A stretch of 64,000 nucleotides of DNA from an uncultured Nitrososphaerota archaeon. GTDB taxonomy: Archaea; Thermoproteota; Nitrososphaeria; Nitrososphaerales; Gagatemarchaeaceae. Position numbers and translations under genes: made by a program. The stretch covers positions 448,001 through 512,000 of the forward strand of contig CAWISW010000002.1 of assembly GCA_963838925.1 (NCBI GenBank), written 5' to 3'. A model generated the notes under the pieces. That model was not told the origin of the DNA, did not search any database, and was given only the letters and a program-made list of their open reading frames with translations. Below, one piece after another: positions 1 through 9,735 of the stretch. Position 1 is the first letter of the stretch, and every line of letters starts with the position of its first letter.

Positions 1-210
1 CGCCTTGGGCATTATCTGTACCGCGTCTATCTCAACCATCTCGTCGCGCTTGACGAGGTTCTTGCGCCAGAGCTCGACGTACCTGTTCTTGAGAGCCACC
101 CCCAGCGGACCATAGTCCCAGAAGCCTGCGGGCGTGTTGGGGTACGCCTCGGCGGACTGCATGAGGTAGCCGCGCCTCGTGGCGACGTTCATCACGTCTT
201 CGTAGTTCAT
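1..210 (-). CDS. glyS: Glycyl-tRNA synthetase, N-terminal part (runs off window start)
   Basis: Manual translation from ATG at 210: MNYEDVMNVATRRGYLMQSAEAYPNTPAGFWDYGPLGVALKNRYVELWRK, the archaeal/eukaryal GlyRS N-terminus; not in ORF track. Confidence 0.88.
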   Translation of the reverse strand, partial: MNYEDVMNVATRRGYLMQSAEAYPNTPAGFWDYGPLGVALKNRYVELWRKNLVKRDEMVEIDAVQIMPKA

Positions 211-280
211 CTGGTCTCTGTGCGCTCCGCTCGCCGAGACCGTATTTTAGGAGTTGGTGTGCCGCGGAAGAAGGCGCGCC

Positions 281-508
281 TCAGATGGCCTTGATCTGCT
301 TTACTACGCTCGGTCTGACCTTCCTGAAGACCCGGTAGCCGCAGATGCACTTCACCTCAGGAAGGGAGGAAAGCTCCTCCTGGGTAGTCCTCGTGCCGCA
401 CCGCACGCACTCGTACACCGCCCCTGGGAAGACCTTCACCGGCGGCGCTTCGCCGGCGGGAGCGGCGACCTTCGCTTCGCCTGATTCTGGCGATTGTGTT
501 TCAGACAT
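281..508 (-). CDS. rpo12: RNA polymerase subunit Rpo12 (RpoP)
   Basis: YECVRCG...VKCICGYRVFRKVRP zinc ribbon. Confidence 0.9.
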   Translation of the reverse strand: MSETQSPESGEAKVAAPAGEAPPVKVFPGAVYECVRCGTRTTQEELSSLPEVKCICGYRVFRKVRPSVVKQIKAI

Positions 509-610
509 GTCGCTTTGACGCGCCAGGGGGGCATATTTCTACATTGCCCCGCGAATCGAGGCCTTTTCGATGAGAACGGTTAAATTTCGCTCCTGCGACC
601 CTCCTCTTGC

Positions 611-892
611 ATGGCAAACGATAGGGCCCTTGGGGGAGCCATCCTTCTGGGGAGCATTGCGGGCATAATCATCTACGGAATTCTACTCTTCTACTGGCCG
701 ACGCTCATCCTCGAGATAACCGCGTTCCTCGCGGTCGTGGTCCTCCTCGGAATACTCGGCTGGATCGGTTGGACGATGGCTACCACGCCGCCCCCGGAGC
801 CAATGCCCGAGATGACAGGGACTGCAGGACAGCCTCCCGCGGCTCCCGGCGCCCCCGCGGCCGGCGCGACCGACAAGAAGCCCTCCAGCTAG
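611..892 (+). CDS. Small two-TM conserved archaeal membrane protein
   Basis: Two hydrophobic helices, WIGWTMATTPPP motif, TATA-like TTAAAT ~30 nt upstream. Confidence 0.8.
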   Translation: MANDRALGGAILLGSIAGIIIYGILLFYWPTLILEITAFLAVVVLLGILGWIGWTMATTPPPEPMPEMTGTAGQPPAAPGAPAAGATDKKPSS

Positions 893-898
893 AGCCGG

Positions 899-1681
899 CT
901 AGTACTTCCTGAACCTGATGCTCAGGACGCCGGCGAAGAACTCCCACATCTCGCCGCTCCCCATCTTGGAAGCGCCCTTCGCCCTCTCCTCAAACGTGAA
1001 AGGAACCTCGGTCATCCGGTAGCCGTTCTTCTTCAGGATGTACAGCGACTCTACCTGGAAGATGAACCCGACTGACCGCGGGGGGTGCTGGAGCAGGCAC
1101 TCGACGGCGCTCCTCCTGAGCGCCTTGAACCCGGTTGTCGTGTCCTTCACCCCCAGCCCGAGCACAGTCCTCGAGAACCAGCTCGCGCCCTTGCTGATCG
1201 CCCTCCTCCTCCAGTTCAGCCCCTTGAAGCTCCCTCCCTTGACGTGGCGCGAGGCGATGGCCACGTCGGCATCTCCCGAAGCGACCTTCGAGACGAGGGT
1301 CTCGAGTATCTCGGGCGGATGCTGGAGGTCCGCGTCCATCTGCACAACCACGTCAGGGTCCTGGCTCTCGACGACCTTCCTGAACCCCTCGATGTACGCC
1401 GTCCCCAGCCCCTTCTTGCCCTCCCTCTCGAGGAGCCTGAACGCCGGGGTGTTCTCCATCAGGCTCCTGATCTCGGCCCCGGTCCCGTCGGGACTGTTGT
1501 CGTCCACAAATAGGACGGTCATCCTCCCCTGCATGGACTCTAGGACGGGCCCGAGCCTGCGCTTGAACTCCTGGATGTTCTCCCTCTCGTTGTAGGTGGG
1601 AACGACGACCGCGACCCGGGGCTGCCTCGTGGCGACCTTCGTTGGATCGGCTTGAGGAGGAGCGCTCTTCCCCAGGCTCAA
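899..1681 (-). CDS. GT2 polyprenol-phosphate mannosyltransferase (DPM1-like)
   Basis: VVPTYNERENI, VDDNSPDGT, MDADLQHPPE motifs. Confidence 0.9.
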   Translation of the reverse strand: MSLGKSAPPQADPTKVATRQPRVAVVVPTYNERENIQEFKRRLGPVLESMQGRMTVLFVDDNSPDGTGAEIRSLMENTPAFRLLEREGKKGLGTAYIEGFRKVVESQDPDVVVQMDADLQHPPEILETLVSKVASGDADVAIASRHVKGGSFKGLNWRRRAISKGASWFSRTVLGLGVKDTTTGFKALRRSAVECLLQHPPRSVGFIFQVESLYILKKNGYRMTEVPFTFEERAKGASKMGSGEMWEFFAGVLSIRFRKY

Positions 1682-2784
1682 GCCTTCACCGCCTTCGCGA
1701 ACTCCTCGGCGACGAGCTCGACCTCCTCCTCTGTCACGCCCGGGTGGACGGGCAGCGAGAGCACGTGTCCCGCCGCGCTCGCCGACTTTGGGAGCTTCAG
1801 GTCCCCGTACCCCAGCTTCTTGTAGAGTGGCATCCTGTTCACGGGCGTCTCCCAGTACGCGGCCGCACCGACTCCCCGCGCCCTCAGCCTCTTGACGACC
1901 TCGTCCCTCCTCTTCGCCAGGAAGACGGTGTAGAGGTACCAGACGTGCTTCCTGTCGCCTGAGAGCTGCCTGAGCTCGACGCCCTTCAGCGACGATATCG
2001 TCTCCGTCAGCGCCTTCGCGTTCTTCCTCCGCGCCGCGATGTAGGAGTCGAGCCTGTCCATCTGGACAGAGGCGAGGGCCGCCGCCATCTCAGGCATCCT
2101 GTAGTTGAACCCGAGGACCTTCGTGTCGTAGCCCGCCTGCATGCCGTGGTTCCTCACAAGCCTGACCAGGTCGGCGAACTCGTCGTCGTCGGTCGTTATC
2201 GCGCCCCCCTCGCCCGAGGTGATCACCTTGGTCGCGTAGAGGCTGAAGCACCCAGAGTGGTCCGTCTTCCCGGTCGCCCTTCGGTGGTACGCAGCGCCCA
2301 GCGACTCGGCCGCGTCCTCGATCACCTTGGCCGAGGCCTTGTCCGCTATCTCCCTGACCTCGTCGAGGTCGGCCGGATAGCCGTAGACGTCAACTGGGAT
2401 TATCGCCTTTGTCTTCTTGGAGACCTTCCTCCGCACGTCGCTCGGGTCGATGTTGTAGTCGTCCTTGATGTCAGCGAAGACGGGCTTTGCGCCGCACGCC
2501 AGGACGACGTTCGCGGTGGCCTCGAAAGTGAACGCTGGGACGATCACCTCGTCTCCGGGGCCCACGCCGTAGGCGACCAGCGAGGTGTGGAGCGCCGCGG
2601 TCCCAGAGTTCACGGCGATCGCGTGCTTCGTCCCTACCTTGGCCTTCAGCTTCGCCTCGAACTCCCTGACGAACTTGCCTCCCTCGTAGCTGGCGTTGGT
2701 GAGGAGCCCGCTGTCGAGGACCGCCATCACCGCGTCCTTCTCCTCCTTCCCCAGGATGGGGATGTTGATCGGGATGAACCTCAT
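1678..2784 (-). CDS. DegT/DnrJ/EryC1/StrS family PLP aminotransferase
   Basis: VNSGTAAL, IEDAAESLGA, FSLYATKVITSGEGG; start trimmed to ATG of MRFIPINIP. Confidence 0.9.
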   Translation of the reverse strand: MRFIPINIPILGKEEKDAVMAVLDSGLLTNASYEGGKFVREFEAKLKAKVGTKHAIAVNSGTAALHTSLVAYGVGPGDEVIVPAFTFEATANVVLACGAKPVFADIKDDYNIDPSDVRRKVSKKTKAIIPVDVYGYPADLDEVREIADKASAKVIEDAAESLGAAYHRRATGKTDHSGCFSLYATKVITSGEGGAITTDDDEFADLVRLVRNHGMQAGYDTKVLGFNYRMPEMAAALASVQMDRLDSYIAARRKNAKALTETISSLKGVELRQLSGDRKHVWYLYTVFLAKRRDEVVKRLRARGVGAAAYWETPVNRMPLYKKLGYGDLKLPKSASAAGHVLSLPVHPGVTEEEVELVAEEFAKAVKA

Positions 2785-2791
2785 CTTACGG

Positions 2792-3883
2792 TCACCTGGC
2801 GGCGACGGGCTTTCCCTCGTCGCGAATGATCGCCATGGCCTCCTCCAGGACATTCGTCCCCCTGAAGTGCTCCCTCACTGGCGCCACAACCTCGTCGAGG
2901 CTCGCGGCGACCGCCTTCTTCAGGTCCGTCGGGTGGAGCTTCCCCGCCACGTAGTCCCTCTCGAGCTCGGCGTAGCTCCCGTAGCGGACGGTCCCCCCGT
3001 ATTTCTCAGGCCTCACAATCTCGATTTGGCTCGTCTCGTGGAAGACTATATGCCGCGCGTATTCGAGGACGGGGTTGCCCTCGGACTGCTTCTCCGGGCA
3101 CCAGGCCTTGACCATCTTCCTGGATATCTCCTCTGCGCCGTCGTGGACGAATATGGCCGAGTCCGGCTTGGACTTGCTCATCTTGCTGGAGATGACCTTG
3201 TCTGCCTCCGCGTCCTCGTCGAGACCGGCCGCCTCTGGCTTGAGGAGGCCCGCCAGAAGGTGGTGGTGGACGGCGACCGGGACCTTCCAGCCGAGGGACG
3301 GGAAGACCTCTCTGACGAGCACGTGGACCTTCCGCTGGTCCATCCCGCTGTGTGCGATGTCAAGTTCCATCGCCCTGATGTCCACCGCCTGCATCGGAGG
3401 GTAGATGTACTGGGCGACGTCCAGCTTGTCCCTCGTCGTCCTCCCCATTATCGTGAGGCACCTTGTGTCCCGCGCCAGGGTGATCTGCTTGGAGAACCGA
3501 AGGAGGTCCTTCCAGTATTGGTCGTTCCCTGCGTAGAGTTTGCTCCCGAGCTCGAACTCGACCCCGGGGCAGAAGAACCCAAAGGCCTCCTTGTAGTACC
3601 TCGAGACCCTCTCTATCTTCTCGATGTCCCCGCCCAGCTTGTTGTTGATGTAGCTGTGCCAGTCCGCGAGGAATACCTTGCAGCGGATGCCGGCCTTGAG
3701 AAAGTCGTTGATCTTGAAGCCCAGTATCACCAGCGAGCCGAGGTGGAGCAGCCCCGAGATCTCGAGCCCGATGTAGTGCTTGGGGTGCGCCTCCTTCCCG
3801 AGGAGCGCTACCAGCTCCGCCTCCGTCAGAACCTCTTCCGTGGGCGGCCTCCTAACGAGCGCAAGCCTCTCCTCTAGGTCCAT
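2792..3883 (-). CDS. tyrS: Tyrosyl-tRNA synthetase
   Basis: YIGLEISGLLHLG (HIGH-like), YPPMQAVD, GMDQRKVH, KMSKS; start trimmed to MDLEERL. Confidence 0.93.
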   Translation of the reverse strand: MDLEERLALVRRPPTEEVLTEAELVALLGKEAHPKHYIGLEISGLLHLGSLVILGFKINDFLKAGIRCKVFLADWHSYINNKLGGDIEKIERVSRYYKEAFGFFCPGVEFELGSKLYAGNDQYWKDLLRFSKQITLARDTRCLTIMGRTTRDKLDVAQYIYPPMQAVDIRAMELDIAHSGMDQRKVHVLVREVFPSLGWKVPVAVHHHLLAGLLKPEAAGLDEDAEADKVISSKMSKSKPDSAIFVHDGAEEISRKMVKAWCPEKQSEGNPVLEYARHIVFHETSQIEIVRPEKYGGTVRYGSYAELERDYVAGKLHPTDLKKAVAASLDEVVAPVREHFRGTNVLEEAMAIIRDEGKPVAAR

Positions 3884-4001
3884 GGATGCTCCTCGACGTC
3901 TTGTTCCCCTCGCCCGTCGCCATTTAAGGGATTCAAGGGAATCCGTCTGCAGGATCTCGGCGACAAACACTTTAAAGGAATGTCCGGGGTGATTTGCCCG
4001 A

Positions 4002-4574
4002 ATGTCCATGGAGCAGATGGATGAGCTCCGCCGTCCGGACGCGAACACGCGCCTGATGTACAGGATCGTGTTCGGGGTGTCCGGGGTCGTGATCCTGGCG
4101 GCTTGGGCGTACGGTATCGGGACGGCGGCCATCGTCTCGAGCGGGAGCCTCCCGGTCATCGGGCAGAGCATGGTGAACGTCTCCTGGCCTCTTCCCTACT
4201 TGGCCCAGCCTGTGGACTACCTCTGCGTTGCCTCCGTGACCTTCTTCTACTCCGGGATCCGGCTCTGGCAGAACAAGGTCGCGCAGTGGTCGCACCTCGT
4301 GCTGGCCTCGCTCCAGCTCCTCGCCATCGTGGTCGCTTTCGCGACGGCATACGAGGTCATGTACAACTTCATGCTTTGGGGCTCGTACTTCAGCATCCAG
4401 GTGCTCAACAGCAACTTGGCCTCCAATCCGCTGCTGCTCTCTAGCCCTGGCCCGACCCCCTGGAACCTCGGGTTCGCGACCAAGATGTTCTCGGCGATCT
4501 TCTTGATAAGCGCCTACAGCGCGTACTTCCTGAGAAAGGTGCACCAGGTGCCGGGCGCGCCCGACAGCCTCTAG
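4002..4574 (+). CDS. Membrane protein of unknown function
   Basis: About four hydrophobic segments; TATA-like TTTAAA at ~3971. Confidence 0.75.
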   Translation: MSMEQMDELRRPDANTRLMYRIVFGVSGVVILAAWAYGIGTAAIVSSGSLPVIGQSMVNVSWPLPYLAQPVDYLCVASVTFFYSGIRLWQNKVAQWSHLVLASLQLLAIVVAFATAYEVMYNFMLWGSYFSIQVLNSNLASNPLLLSSPGPTPWNLGFATKMFSAIFLISAYSAYFLRKVHQVPGAPDSL

Positions 4575-4945
4575 GCCTTCTTGGCGGTCTCTGAGGGACG
4601 GCCCATCGAGAGGGTCGCCATCTCGAGGTAGGCGCAGACTATCGCGAAGACCCCGAACACGCCGAGGCTCGTCAGCCCCACGCCGCCTAGGTTCGATCCG
4701 ATGAGGGTCGAGGCCTCGTACGCCTGGTAGACGGTGAGGGTCAGCCCGAAGAGCGCGCTCGCTCCAGCAAGCGGCCTCCCCACCCAGCTCGACGGCGTCG
4801 CGAGCAGGAGTACCCCGCTCAGCAAGAACGCGAGAGCGGCCAGGACGAGCAGGGCTCCCCCGCCGGTCGCCACTATCCCGACCCAGAAGACTCCCACCAC
4901 GAAGAACAGGATGGGCACAAGCAACTCCCTGAGCGACTTCGCCAC
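4571..4945 (-). CDS. Four-TM membrane protein of unknown function
   Basis: Hydrophobic ORF, TTATAA upstream, convergent overlap with previous gene. Confidence 0.7.
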   Translation of the reverse strand: MAKSLRELLVPILFFVVGVFWVGIVATGGGALLVLAALAFLLSGVLLLATPSSWVGRPLAGASALFGLTLTVYQAYEASTLIGSNLGGVGLTSLGVFGVFAIVCAYLEMATLSMGRPSETAKKA

Positions 4946-5111
4946 GACTCCGACCGAAAAATGCAGAAGTTATAATCATTTGGGCTGCTGACAAATCTCG
5001 TGTGCGTACGCGTGCATTCGTGTCCCGGCGACCATCCTGACAGGATTGGGGATTCATCACCCTAAAATACAACATACGTCATGGAGTCCCCTCTAGGGTG
5101 GTCGATGGAAG

Positions 5112-5759
5112 ATGGTATCACCAGAAGTCGCTCACGCGCTAAAGACGATGCAACCCGGTAGTCACACCATCCTGGTATACGACTCGCCTGAGCACAAGCA
5201 CGACGTGCTCTTCACCCACCTGAAGTATGGCCAAAACGATTCAAAGCTGGCCTACGTCTGCTCGGAGGAAACGCCCAGCCAGATAAGAGAGGGCATGGAT
5301 TCCGACGGGATGAATGTGAACACCCTCGAACACGACGGCCGACTGTCTGTGGCAAACTACGACGAGGTGCATATCAAGAACGGACACGTCGACATCCCCC
5401 GCGTGATAGACCACTTCTCTAGCCTTTCCTGGGACTGTCTGAAGCGGGGCATGAGGAGCTTGCGAGCCTCGGCCGAGATGTCGTGCTTCATTCAGCAAGA
5501 GAAGATGATTGAGCTGGAGGAGTACGAACACGCCCTTGGAAGAGAGATGCCCTTCCCCGCAATGGGAATATGCGCCTTCAACGTGGTGGAGATGCAGAGG
5601 GCGGGTTACGTGGACCGGCTCATGCCTCTCCTGATGGAACACGGGACTGTCATTCTTACAGGGCCGAAGGGGAGCTCGGTATTGAACAGTGACAGGGTCA
5701 AGGACACTCACGTCGAAAAGGTCTTCCACGTGAGGATCTCAGGAAGCTCATCCAGATAG
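5112..5759 (+). CDS. Stand-alone MEDS sensory-domain protein
   Basis: GSHTILVYDS, LRASAEMSCF, EYEHAL...MGICAFN pattern of MEDS domains. Confidence 0.75.
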   Translation: MVSPEVAHALKTMQPGSHTILVYDSPEHKHDVLFTHLKYGQNDSKLAYVCSEETPSQIREGMDSDGMNVNTLEHDGRLSVANYDEVHIKNGHVDIPRVIDHFSSLSWDCLKRGMRSLRASAEMSCFIQQEKMIELEEYEHALGREMPFPAMGICAFNVVEMQRAGYVDRLMPLLMEHGTVILTGPKGSSVLNSDRVKDTHVEKVFHVRISGSSSR

Positions 5760-6000
5760 CGCAGAAGAGACACCGACATTCTGAACGGTTCGAAACGGAT
5801 AGGCCAAACGGAGCGCCGCGGAGGCTGATCGAGCCTAATTCGCCGTCAACCACGAAGATATGATTCCATGATGATCGCATCGTTGGCTCTCGCCCTGGCC
5901 GGCCTAGTTTGGGCGGGTCGCCGCGCTAGCAGCAGGAGCGGGCCGAAGACCAAGGGTATTTCTGAGGGCAGAAGACCGGCCGGGCTGAGAGCCGCGAGCG

Positions 6001-7493
6001 TTGAGCGTCACTTCCAAGGCTGACAGAGAGATCCCAGTCCAGGGGGGCGTGACGCCGCCCGCCATCCGCGGCGCGGCGGAGTACGTCAAGGCCCACTACC
6101 TCGACCCAAACATCGACTCCCTGACGGGCCGTGCCTACAGAGAGACCTGGTCGAAGGACGCAGGTAGCGTCGAGCTCGAGTGGGGGTTCTCGCCACCGGA
6201 GACCCCCGGACGCGTCGTAGAGCCCTTGCGAGGAAGGGAGGTCCGTCTGACGATAGCTCCCAGCTCGGTCTCCGTCGCCTTCCCGGGGCTAGACCCGGCC
6301 GACGGCCCGGGGGTGCGCGCATGCACGAAGGTGGCTGACGACCTCGAGGTGCTGGTGAACATGTTCCTGACCAAAGCGAAGACGACGAGCCTCTACTTCA
6401 TCTTCTCGACGGGGAAAAGGGGGCCGTCCGCGACGTCCCCTCGCCATCCCCAATCGGGGGCGAGACCCTGAGGAGGCTGCTAAGCGGGAACATGATGAAC
6501 CTCTACCTCGTGATAATGGCCCTCAGCTTCGGGCTCTTCCTCGTGCTCGGCGACCCCGCCATCTTCTTCGTGCTGGGGATCCAGCTCCTGGCGCTATTCT
6601 ACTCCGACAGGCTCGCCCTCCTCGTCGGCAAGGTGCGACCCACATCCTCGAGGCCGAGGGTCACCATGGTCTGCGTCCCCGTCTCCATCGAGATGAAGGG
6701 AGAGGTCGCGAAGTTCGCCAAGACCATCATCTCGGACGTAAGCGACCGCCTCGAGGCAAGGCTCTCGCCCGACGCTCTCGAGGGGCCGGACGCGAGCAAG
6801 GCCGTCCAGGAGGTCCTCGCCTCCGCGGGCATCAAGTCCACCGCGAACGAGATCAAGATAGTGACGAGGAACGTCTACGACCTCGTCAAAGGCGTCGCCG
6901 ACCGGTTCCGGCTCCCCGTGCCTAAGGTGACGATCGTGAACAGCGTCGCGGACAACGCCGCCGCCACGGGGGTCTCCCCAGGGAGGTCGGCCATCACGAT
7001 AACGGCGGGCTCCCTCGAGGACCTCGGCGACGCGGAGCTCTCCTCGGTCGTGGGACACGAGCTCGGACACATCAGAGGTCGCGACTCGCTGATACTATTC
7101 TCCGCTACCTTCCTTCTCTACGTCGGGGGCCTCTATCTCTGGCTGCCGCTCCTTCTCTATCTGGGGCTGTTCTACTACATCATCATCTTCGCGGTCATCT
7201 TCTCGATAGGGAAGGTCCTCGAGACAAGGGCGGACACGGAGTCCGCGGCCAAGCTGGGCGAGCCGAAGGTCCTCGCCTCGGCGCTAACGAGCATCGGCTT
7301 CCGTCAGCTCTACATCGAGAGGTACTCCAGGGGAGCCAGGCTCCTGGACTGGCTCAGCTTCGACCCCCACCCGCCGATCTACTTCCGTGTGCAGCGCCTT
7401 TCGAAGCTCGCTGCGAGCGGCGGCAAGATAGGGAACACGCTCCTGCTGGCGCTAAGGGACTGCGTCACGGGGTTCCTCGACGCGCTGGTGTAG
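6001..7493 (+). pseudogene. M48/HtpX-family zinc metalloprotease with N-terminal extension, split by a frameshift near 6411-6423 (real or sequencing error)
   Basis: HELGH zinc motif, ETRAD, HPPIYFRV in 6492-7493; that frame is open back to the GGGGAAAAGGGGG run and continues ORF 6001. Confidence 0.7.
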
Positions 7494-7565
7494 GCTGGTT
7501 TGGTCATTCGGAGTTCACACATACGCTAAAATATCGGAAGACTGATAGTTCCGCCAGTCGTCAGA

Positions 7566-7973
7566 TTGACTGGCCAGGAGCTGCAGCTTCGTCTGATCGC
7601 CGGATTCATCGTGGTGATCTCGGCGACCCTCGTCCTCGACAAGGTCGGAGACTACCTCTTTCACAGGGGCATCGCCAAGCCCTTCTACCTGCTCGGCTAC
7701 CGCCTCCATCACAGGAACTTCCTGCTGGCCATAGTCCCCGCAGCCTACGCGGCAGTGGGCAGCCTGGTCTACCTGCACTACTTCCGCGTGCTTTGGTCGT
7801 CGTTCTGGCCCAGCTTCGAGTTCACCCTCCTGCTCGCGGGCGCGTGCCTGCTCGTGGACTTCACCCTCGACGCCCTCTCGACCGTCGAGAAGAGGAGGGC
7901 GCTCCTCCACCACGAATGGGTGTATCTCGTCGTGCCCGCTTACGCGATGACCCACCTGATCGCCTTCGTGTGA
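7566..7973 (+). CDS. Small membrane protein with His pairs
   Basis: Hydrophobic helices with YRLHH and LLHHEW. Confidence 0.7.
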   Translation: MTGQELQLRLIAGFIVVISATLVLDKVGDYLFHRGIAKPFYLLGYRLHHRNFLLAIVPAAYAAVGSLVYLHYFRVLWSSFWPSFEFTLLLAGACLLVDFTLDALSTVEKRRALLHHEWVYLVVPAYAMTHLIAFV

Positions 7974-8020
7974 CCCGAAAACTGCGCCCGCCATTCAGAG
8001 CGCGAGCTTCCCTTCGTCGA

Positions 8021-9589
8021 CTAGGAAGGCCGCGTGCCCTCTTCGGCCAAAGCGCTGCCGAGGTTCCGGGCCACGCTGACGAGGACGTCGGGCCTGGGTG
8101 CCGGGTCTGCGGCGAGAGGCTTTGACCTGCGCTGGAGGTGCCTCGCGAGGTTCATCGACCACAGCGTGAAGGCGCCGAAGGCCACGAGCGAGAGGGAAAG
8201 GAACCAGACGCCGCGGAGGAGCACGAGCACAGACAGCACTATCCCAGCGACCGCGAGCACTCCTTCGACTATGGCGTTCCTGTCGTTCGTGAGCGCGTGG
8301 AAGTACCTCGTCTTCGCGGCCCCTCCCGACCCGCCCTTCGGGGTCCTGTACAGGAAGAACCCCATCCTGTCGAAGACGCCGTAGAAGAAGCCCATCGAGC
8401 CCAGCGTGAGCATGCTCCCTGAGGCGTATCCCAGAGCTGGAATCAGGACGACGTTCCTCATCGTCATTAGGCCCTGGACGCGGAGCGCCCAAGCCCCGGA
8501 CGCAAGCGAAAGCCCCATCGGCACCGCGGTCGCGACGACGTACACGGGGTTGCTGAACAGCGAGTGCGCGGGAGGGACCAGGTTGAAGATCACCGCGAAG
8601 GCCGACAGGAACGTGACGATTATCCAGGTCAGGCTTGTAAAGGGCGCCATGAGCATGAGCACGAGGCCGAGCTTCTTGCGGACGCTCACGTTCCTCGACG
8701 TGAGGATCGTGCGCCCGTACCTCGCTATGCACCTCCACCATCCCTGGGACGTCCTGGCCACCTGCTTCTTCCAGACCTCGAGAGTCGAGGGGTCCTCGGC
8801 CATTATCTTCACGCTGCTGAGGTAGATGCCCCTCTTCCCCGCGAGGTACATCTTGATCGAGATGTCTGCGTCGTCGGCTATCCGCTCGTTGGACCACCCT
8901 CCCACCTCCCTGAGGTCCTTCGTCCTCACCAGCGCCATCCCTCCCTGGAGGGAGAACGGTGCGTCGATGTGGTACGCCCCCATCTTGGAGAGCGTGTCGC
9001 CGATGTCCTGCGTGAGGGCGAACATCTGAGTGACCAGGTTGTAGTTCCTGTTGTAGTGCCCGTACCGGAACGACACGAAGGAGGCCCGCGGGTGCTTCTC
9101 CATCGTGTCGATCCCCTTCGTGACGGCGTCCGGGGTAATGATGGAGTCAGCGTCGAGCAGCAGGACGTAGTCTCCCGTGACCTTCTCCAGCCCCTTGTTG
9201 AGCGCGCCGCACTTGAAGTTCTCCCTCACCGGCCTCCTCGAGACCACCGCCTTGATGCCAGACGCGTTGAGGTCGCGGATCTTCTCGTCTATGAGCGCGA
9301 CCGTCTGGTCGTTCGAGTCGTCCGCGACCACCACCTGTATCTTGTCCTTCGGATAGTCGAGGTTCTTCATCGCGTCGAGGGACCTCTCTATCACGTATCG
9401 CTCGTTGAACGTCGCGATGAGTATCGAAACCATCGGGTGGTCCTCCAGCGTCACCTCGCCGACGCCCAGGTCCCTGGGGTACCTCAGAGAGTTCCCCAGG
9501 AGAAAGACCCAGTAGTACTCCAGGGCGAAGACTGGGACGCTGAAGACTAGAGTGACTACCTCAATCAGGAACCATGTTTGTATCGCCAT
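8021..9589 (-). CDS. GT2 cellulose-synthase-like processive glycosyltransferase
   Basis: DDSND, KCGALN, LLDAD, ADD and QVART (degenerate QxxRW) plus multiple TM helices. Confidence 0.85.
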   Translation of the reverse strand: MAIQTWFLIEVVTLVFSVPVFALEYYWVFLLGNSLRYPRDLGVGEVTLEDHPMVSILIATFNERYVIERSLDAMKNLDYPKDKIQVVVADDSNDQTVALIDEKIRDLNASGIKAVVSRRPVRENFKCGALNKGLEKVTGDYVLLLDADSIITPDAVTKGIDTMEKHPRASFVSFRYGHYNRNYNLVTQMFALTQDIGDTLSKMGAYHIDAPFSLQGGMALVRTKDLREVGGWSNERIADDADISIKMYLAGKRGIYLSSVKIMAEDPSTLEVWKKQVARTSQGWWRCIARYGRTILTSRNVSVRKKLGLVLMLMAPFTSLTWIIVTFLSAFAVIFNLVPPAHSLFSNPVYVVATAVPMGLSLASGAWALRVQGLMTMRNVVLIPALGYASGSMLTLGSMGFFYGVFDRMGFFLYRTPKGGSGGAAKTRYFHALTNDRNAIVEGVLAVAGIVLSVLVLLRGVWFLSLSLVAFGAFTLWSMNLARHLQRRSKPLAADPAPRPDVLVSVARNLGSALAEEGTRPS

Positions 9590-9735
9590 TCAACGTTCCC
9601 GGGAAAAACGAGGTAAACCCCTAGACCCGGTATGTAAGTTTTCGGATGTTTCGCGAATGCCTGGGCTCGGGCGGGGCGCCGGCGCGGCGCCCGGATAAAT
9701 AGGCGCGCGCAGCACCCGCGAGAAAGACTTCGGCC

